From assembly GCF_009914755.1 (NCBI RefSeq), contig NC_060927.1: a stretch of DNA of 64,000 nucleotides; one strand, 5' to 3'. Positions 56,386 to 64,000 of the stretch are shown here, piece by piece (the stretch's first letter is position 1; every line of letters begins with the position of its first letter). The stretch is from the human T2T-CHM13v2.0 reference genome, Homo sapiens. Under the pieces are notes generated by a model. It searched no databases, was not told the origin of the DNA, and saw only the letters and a program-made list of their open reading frames with translations. Position numbers and translations under genes: made by a program.

Positions 56386-56747
56386 CTCTCCTATGCTATC
56401 ACACTCCATGCTTTTTAAATACTTTCTATCTCAGTTATTCTGTGAGTTTCCTTAATTGTCTACAAGTACAGAGGAAGTTTGAAAACATTCTCGTTAATGC
56501 TTGGAAGAAAGAGTCCACCATTGTCCCCTTGACTGGCAGCCTTTATCAGACGATGTCGTCCAGACTCTCCTACTTTTCCTTTTCTGTGCAGCAAGGCTTT
56601 GGGGAGGCCCACGGGACTTTGGCACAGAAGAGGAATTTAGCCGTAACAAGGTGTTTAATCTGCTTTATATGCCCAGTGACATTCTTGAGATACTCTTCAT
56701 CAGAAATCCAAACTCTGGAGCCACCTGCTTCTTTGAGACGCACAAAT
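56386..56747 (-). pseudogene. Pseudo-exon 1 (phase 2 to 2, one inferred 1-nt deletion)
   Basis: tttaatag|A TTT GTG ... GAG AG|gtaatt. Reads FVRLKEAGGSRVWISDEEYLKNVTGHIKQIKHLVTAK/IPLLCQSPVGLPKALLHRKGKVGESGRHRLIKAASQGDNGGLFLPSINENVFKLPLYL*TIKETHRITEIESI*KAWSVIA*E if one A is restored at GCT AAA. An alternative donor (AA|gtagga, exon ending 56574) gives a fully open 174-nt phase 2-2 exon. Confidence 0.65.
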
Positions 56748-57849
56748 CTATTAAACTTAGCATAATTCATTTCAAAATGACAAATATAAAGGAAGCAAAT
56801 GTATCACATACTTAAATGGTCTATTAAGTTAGTAGATGTTGAAGCAAACTTCGAATTTATTGTGTCACTCCTATTTTGGAATTATAAGAAGCTGTAATTA
56901 AGGGATTTTTCAAATGGTTATTTATTTAACCTTTCTAGCTTTGTTAAGGTATAATTGATAAACATAAATTGTCTATATATAAGGCATACAATGTAGTGAT
57001 TTGATATATTTATACATGGTGTAATGATTACCACAATGAAAATAATTAACATCTCTGTCACCTCACATAGTTGTCATTTGTGTTCCTGTGTGTGGTGAAA
57101 ACACTTAAGATTTACTATCATCAAATTTCAAGTACACAATCGGTATTTTTAACTGTAGTCACCATTAGATTAGGTATACTTAGATTCCCATAAGTTATTC
57201 ATCTTTTAACTGAAACTCTGTACCCTGTGACCAACATCTCCCACTTCCCCTAACCCCCAGTCCCTGGCAACTTCCATTTTATTTTTTGCTTTTATGAGTT
57301 TGACTTTTTAAAATTTCAAAATATCATCTCATCATAAATGAGATGACACAGTATTTGTTCTTCTGTAATTGGCTTTTTTCACTGAGTATAATGTCCTCCA
57401 GCTTCATTCCTGTTGTCACAAATGGCAGGATTTCCTTCTTTTTTAATTCTTCATTTTCTTTGTTTATTAACTTGTCAATAGAAACTTAAGTTGTTTCCAT
57501 ATCTTGGCTATGGTGAATGCTGTTGCAATAAACATGGGACTGCAGCTATCTCTTCAAAATACTGACTTCGTTTCCTTTGGATATATAACCAGTAGCAGGA
57601 TTGCTGGATTATATGGTAGTTTTAGTCCTAGTTTTTAGGACCCTCCATACTGTTTTCCATAATTGATATGCCAAATTACATTCCCACTAACAGTGTCAGA
57701 GTGCCCTTTTCTCCACACTCATGACAACTCTTGCTATCTCTTCTCTATTTTATAGTAACTGTCCTAACAGGTGTGAGATGATATGTCATGTGGTTTTGAT
57801 TTGCTAATAATTTCTTTAAAGATTAGTGATGTTGAACCCCTTTCCGTTT

Positions 57850-60800
57850 ATTTTAATTTTTATTTTAGGTTCAGGGGTACATGTGCAGGTTTGTTATATA
57901 GGTAAAACACTTTGTCACAGGATTTTGGTGTACAGATTATTTTGTCATCCAACAGGAATTTTGTCTGATCCTCTTCCTCCTCCCATCCTCCACCCTCAAA
58001 TAGGCTCCAGTGTCTGTTGTTTCTCTCTGTGTCCGTGTGTTCTCATTTAGCTCCAATTAAAAGTGAGATAGGAGGAATCAATATAATTAAAATAGTCATA
58101 GTTCCCAAAGCAATTTACAGATTCAATGCTATTCCTACCAAACTACCAATGATATTATTCACAGAATTAGAAAAAAAGCTATCTTAAGTGTTTGGCTTTT
58201 GGTTTTTGCTTTTCTGTTCCACTGTCAGTTTAGGATAATGACCTCCAGCTTCATCCATGTTACTGTAAAGAACATGATCTTGTTCTTTTTTACAGCTGCG
58301 TAGTATTCCATGGTTCATATGTGCCACTTTTTCTTTATCTAGCCTACCACTGATGGGCATTTAGGTTGATTCCATGTCTTTGCTGTTGTAAATAGTGGTG
58401 CAATGAACATACGCATGCATGCGTCTTTATCCTAGAAGCATTTACATTCCTTTGGGTATATACCCAATAATGAGATTGCTGGGTTGAATGGTAATTCTGT
58501 TTCAGGTTCTTTGAGGAATTGCCACACTGCTTTCTACACTGGCTGAACTAATTTACAGTCCCACCAGCCGTGTATAAGCATTCCTTTCTCCACAACCTCA
58601 CCAGCATGTTATTTTTTGACTTTTTCATAATAGCCATTCTGATTGATGTGAAATGGTATTCCATTGTCATTTTGATTTGCATTTCTCTAATGATTAATGA
58701 TGTTGAACATTTTTTCATATGCTTCTTGGCCACATGTATGTCTTCTTTTGAGAAATATCTGTTCATGACACTTGCCTACTTTTTAATGGGGTTGGTTTTC
58801 TCCTTGTAAATTTGTTTAACTTCTTTATAGATTCTGGATATTAGACTTTTGTCAGATGCATAGTATGCAAATATTTTCTCCTGTTTTGTAGGATGTGTGT
58901 TTACTCTGTTGATTTGTGGTGTGTGTGTTTGTGTGTGTGTGTGTGTGAAGAAACTCTTTAGTTTAAGTAGGTCCAATTTGTCAATGTTTTGTTGTTGTTG
59001 CAATTACTTTTGGCATCTGCATCTTGAAATTTTACCAGATCCTATGTCCAGAATGGTATTTCCTAGGTTATCTTCCATTATTTTTATAGTTTTAGGTTTT
59101 ACGTTTAAGTCTTTAATTCATTTTGAGTTGATTTTTATATACAGTGTAAGGAAGGGGTTAAGTTTCAATCTTATGCATATGGCTAGCCAGTTATCCCAGC
59201 ATCATTTATTGAAAAGGGAGTCCTTTCTCCGTTGCTTGTTTTTGTAGGTTTTGTGAAACATCAGATGATTGTAGGTGTGTGGCATTACTTCTGGGCTTCC
59301 TATTCTGTTCGATGGGTCTATGCGTCTGTTTTTGTATCAGTACCATGCTGTTTTGATGACTATAGCCTTTAATATAGTTTGAAGTCTTTGTATCAGTACC
59401 ATGATGTTTTGATTACTGTAGCCTTTGATATAGTTTGAAGTCAAGTAATGTGATGCCTCCGGCTCTGTTCTTTTTGATTAGAATTGCCTTGGCTATTCAG
59501 GCTATTTTTCAGTTCCACATGAATTTTAAGATAGATTTTTTTTCTAATTCTGTGAATAATATCATTGGTGGTAGAAATAGCATTGAATCTGTAAATTGCT
59601 TTGGGAAGTATGACTATTTTAATGATATTGACTCTTCCTATAAATGAGCATGGAATGTTTTTCCGTGTTTTTGTATCATGTCTGATTTCTTTGAGCAGTG
59701 TTTTGTAATTATCATTGTAGAGATCTTTTACCTATCTGGTTAGCTGTATTCATAGGTATGCTGTTGTTAAGAGGGAAGTTTATGGCACTAAACACTCACA
59801 TCAAAAAGTTAGAAAGATCTCAAATTAACAATTTTAATATTACAACTAGAGGAATTAGAGAAGCAAGAATAAACCAACCCCAAAGCTAGCAGAGGATAAG
59901 AAATAACAAAAATCAGAGCTGAATGGAAGGAAATTGAGACACAAAAACATACAAAAGATCGATGAAGCCAGGAGTTTTTCTTTGTGAAAAAAATTAATAA
60001 GATTGAGGGTCGAGTGGCTAGACTAACAAAGACAAAAAGAGAGAACATCTGGATAAACACAATTAGAAATGACAAAAAGGACATTACCACTGACCCACAG
60101 AAATAGAAAACATCCTCAGAAACTACCACGAACACCTCTATGCCCACAAACTAGAAAATCCAGAATAAATGGATAAATTTCTGGAAATATACAACCTCCC
60201 AAGACTGAATCAGAATAGAATCCCTGAATAGACCAACAATGAGTTCCAAAATGGAATCAGTAATAAAAAGTCTACAAACCAAAAAAGAGCCCTGGACCAG
60301 GCGAATTCACAGTTGAATTCTACCAGATGTATAAAGAAGAGTTGATACCATTCCTACTGAAACTATTACAAAAAATTGAGGAGGAGGTACTCCTCCCCAA
60401 TGCATTCTATGAGGCCAGCACCATTTTGATACCAAAATCTAGCAGAGACACGACCGAAAAAGAGAACTTCAGGCCATCCTTGATGAATATTGATACAAAA
60501 AAATTCTTAACAAAATACTAGCAAAAAAATTCCAGTGGCACATCAAGAAGCTAATCCACCACAATCAAGTAGGCTATATCCCTTGGCTGCAAGGTTGGTT
60601 CAACATATGCAAATCAATAAATGTGATTCATGACATAAACAGAATTAAAAACAAAAACCACATGATTATCTCTATAGATACAGAAAAAGCTTTTGATAAA
60701 ATTCAACATGTCTTTATGACAATAAACTAGGCATCAAAGGAACACACTTCAAAATATTAAGGGCCATCTATGACAAGACCACAGCCAGCATCACAGTGAA

Positions 60801-61663
60801 CTGGCAAAAGCTAGAAGCATTTCCCTTGAAAACCAGCACAAAACAAGGATGCCCCCTATGACCACTCCTATTCAACATAGTACTGCAAGTCCCAGCCAGA
60901 GCAATCAGGCAAGAGAAATAAACAAAAGGCATCTGTGATGGTTAATATTGAGTGTCATCTTGATTGGGTGGAAGGATGTAAAGTATTGTTCCTGGGTGTG
61001 TCTTTGAGGGTGTTGCCAAAGGAGATTAACATTTGAGTCAGTGGACTGGGAAAGGCAGACCCACCCTCAATCTGAGTGGGCACTATCTAATCAGCTGCCA
61101 GCACTGCCAGAATAAAAGCAGGCAGAAGAAGGTAAAAAGACTAGATTGGCTTAGTCTTCTGGCCTACATCTTTCTGCCATGCTGAATACTTCCTGCCTTG
61201 AAACATCGAGCTCCAAGTTCTTCAGCTTTTGGACTCGTGGACCTTCAACCACTGACTGAAGGCTGCACTGTAGGCTTCCCTACTTTTGAGGTTTTGGGAC
61301 TCGCACTGGCTTCCTTGCTCCTCAGCTAGCAGAGGGCCTATTGTGAGGCCTCACCCTGTGATCGTGTGAGTCAATGCTCCTTAATAAACTCCCCTTTATA
61401 TAAGCATCTATTAGTTCTGTCCCTGTAGAGAACCCTGACTAATACAACATCCAAATAGAAAAAGAGGAAGTCAAACTATCCCAGTGTACAGATAATTCTA
61501 TATCTGGAAAAGCCCACAGTCTCTGCCCAAAAGCTCTTTGATCTGATAAACAACTTCAGCAATGTTTCAAGATACAAAATCAATGTACAAAAATAAGTAG
61601 CATTCCTATACACCAACAACATCGAAGCTGACAGCCAAATCAGGAACAAAATATCATTCACAA
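57850..61663 (-). mobile_element. L1PA12-14-like element with a 5' inversion
   Basis: Minus-strand 3' part 57850-59758, plus-strand ORF2 part 59760-61663; degenerate TSD beginning ttgaac. Confidence 0.88.
60934..61446 (+). mobile_element. MLT2A solo LTR
   Basis: tgtgatggttaat ... aaccctgactaataca, TSD gcatc/acatc, inside L1 ORF2. Confidence 0.93.
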
Positions 61664-63923
61664 TTGAACACTTCTCTACATATCAATTTTTATGTCTTCT
61701 TTGGAAAAATATTTATTCAGGTTATTTGCCTATTTTTAGTTAAGTTATTTGGTTTTTTTACTATTGAGTTATATGAATTTTAAAAAATATATTTTGAGTA
61801 TTAATCCTTTATTGAATATATGGTTTGCAAATATTTTCTTCCATTCTATGGGTTATCTTTTTTATTTTCTTGGTTTTTTCCTCTGTTGTGCAGAAGCTTT
61901 TTCATTTCTTGTAGTCTTACTTGTTTGATTTTGCTTTTGTTTCCTGTGTTTTTGGTGCCATACGCAAAAAATTATCGCCAAGACCAATGTCAGGGAGTTT
62001 TTCCCCTTTGTTGTCTTCTAGGAGGTTTACAGTTTTAGGTCTTCCCTGTAAGACTTTAATCCATTTGGAGTTAAGTTTTGTACATGGTGTGAGATAAGGG
62101 TTCAATTCGATCTTTTGCATGCAGATAGCTATCCAGTTTTCCCAACATCTTTTATTGAAGACACTTTGTTTTTTGCCATTGTGTGTTCTTAGTGCCCTTG
62201 TCAATAATTTGTTGACCATATATGTGTAGGTTTACTTCTGGGCTCTCTAATCTGTTCCATTGGTCTATGTGTCTGTGTTTATGATAATACCATGCTGTTT
62301 TGATTGCTATATCTCTGTAATACAGTTTCAATTCAGGTAGGTGATGCATCCAGCTTTACTTTTCTTTCTCAAGACTACTTTGGCTATTCAGGATCTTTTG
62401 AGATTTCTTGTCAATTTTAGGATTATTTATAATATTTCTGTAAAAATGCCATTGGGATTTTGATAGGAATTGTATTAAATTTCTAGATTGCTTTGTGTAC
62501 TATGGACATTTTAACATTATTAACTCTATTAAACAGTATTAATTCCAATTCTTTTTTTTTTTTTTTATGAGACAGAGTTTTGCTATTGTTGCCCAGGCTG
62601 GAGTGCAGTGGCACCATGTTGGCTCACTGAAACCTCTGCCTCCCTAGTTCAAGCGATTCTCCTGCCTCAGCCTCCCAAGTACCTGGGATTACAGGCATGT
62701 GCAACCACACCTGGCTAATAATTCCAATTCATAAACAAGGGCTATCTTTCCATGTATTTGTGTCATCTGTAATTTTTTAAATCAATGTTTTATAGTTTTC
62801 AGTGTACAGGAATTTTACCTGCTTGGATAATTTATTACAAAGTGCCATTTGTGTGTGTGTGTGTGTGTGTAGCTATTAGAAGTGGAATTGTTTTCTTGAT
62901 TTTATTTTTGGAGTAGTTTGTTGTTAGTGTGTAGAAATACAATTGGTCTTTATAAGATGATTTTGTAACCTGCAACTTTATTGAATTTGTTTATTAATTC
63001 TAATAGCTTTTTACTGGAGCCTTTAGGGTTTTCTTCATGTAAGATCATGTCACCAGCAGAGACATTAACATCTTCTTTTCTGATTTAAATGCTTTTTACA
63101 TCATTGTTTTGCCTAATTGTGGTGGTGAGCGCTTCTAGTAACATGTTCCTGATATAGGGAAAAAGTGTTCAGCTTTTCACTGTTAGCAATAGCATGTCAT
63201 ATATAGCTTTTATTATGCTAAGGTAATTTCCTTGTATTCCTAGTTTACTGGGTGTTTTTATCATGAAAGAATGTTGATTTTTTTCAAATGCTTTTTCTGT
63301 CCCTATTGAGATAATCATGATTTTATTCTTCATTCTATTAATGTAGTGTATTATGTTTATTAATTTGCATACATTAAACCATCCTTGCATCTCAGGGATA
63401 AATATCGCTTGATCGTGTTGTAGCATTCTTTTAATTTGCTCTTGGATTGGATTTGTTAGTATTTTGTTGAAGATCTTTGCATCGATATTCATCTGTGATG
63501 TAAACCCGAAATTTTATTTTATTGTAGTGTGCTTATGGCTGTGTGAGAGTAATGCTAGCCTATAGTTTGAAATCGTTGCCTCCGTCTCATTTTTTTTGAC
63601 AATTTTGAGGCTTACCATTAATTCTGTAAATGTTTGATAGAATTTACCCATGAAACCATCTGGTCCTGGAATCTTCTTTGTTGGGAGTGTTTTGATTACT
63701 GATTCAGACTTCTTTATTTCTTATTGGTCTGCTCAAATTTTCTCTTTCTTCATGACTCAGTCTTTGTAGGTTGTATGTATCAAGGACTTCATCCATTTCT
63801 TCTAGGTTATCCAGTTGGCTGTTGTATAATTTTTCATAATAATCTCTTATAAGCCAGTACATTTCTTTAGTACCAGGTATAATTTCTCCTCTCTCATGTA
63901 TAACTTTATTTGCATTCTTTCTC

Positions 63924-63995
63924 TTGAGGCCAGGAGTTTGAGACCAGCCTGGGCAACATAGCAAGACCCTGTGTCTCAAAAAAAAAAAAAAAAAA
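63924..63995 (+). mobile_element. Alu monomer fragment (FLAM/AluJ-like)
   Basis: ttgaggccaggagtttgagaccagcctgggcaacatagcaagaccc followed by an A-tail. Confidence 0.8.
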
Positions 63996-64000
63996 CTACC

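Larger units (their letters stand above)
56930..63920 (-). mobile_element. L1MA-type element, interrupted at 57850-61663 and by a truncated Alu at 62552-62718
   Basis: 3'UTR at 56930-57830; ORF2 resumes at about 61667; Alu TSD taattccaattc. Confidence 0.8.

Noticed and set aside
56442-56815. Plus-strand ORFs of 107 and 104 aa
   Set aside because: Non-ATG starts and no splice support; they are antisense shadows of pseudo-exon 1.

Overview
This is primate (hominoid-type) nuclear DNA, AT-rich and dominated by transposable elements: AluS/AluY, L1PA3 to L1M, MLT2A/LTR1/LTR16/LTR33, Tigger, MER and MADE1. I see no intact protein-coding gene; the long ORFs in the supplied track are L1 or Alu fragments. 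The main hidden structure is a chain of about 16 decayed exons on the minus strand, from 56747 down to about 2070. They have AG/GT boundaries (one acceptor appears mutated) and mostly compatible reading phases. They splice into about 3.2 kb (about 1,080 codons) with scattered stops, a few frameshifts and two exons broken by Alu insertions. This looks like an unprocessed, probably unitary, pseudogene that I cannot name. Other notable structures: a 1.6-kb multi-Alu block inside a single TSD, a nested antisense L1 forming interlocked kb-scale inverted repeats, shared private variants among three L1 copies suggesting gene conversion, a twin-primed L1, and two templated insertions inside L1s. Repeat subfamily calls are from memory of consensus sequences and need RepeatMasker confirmation.
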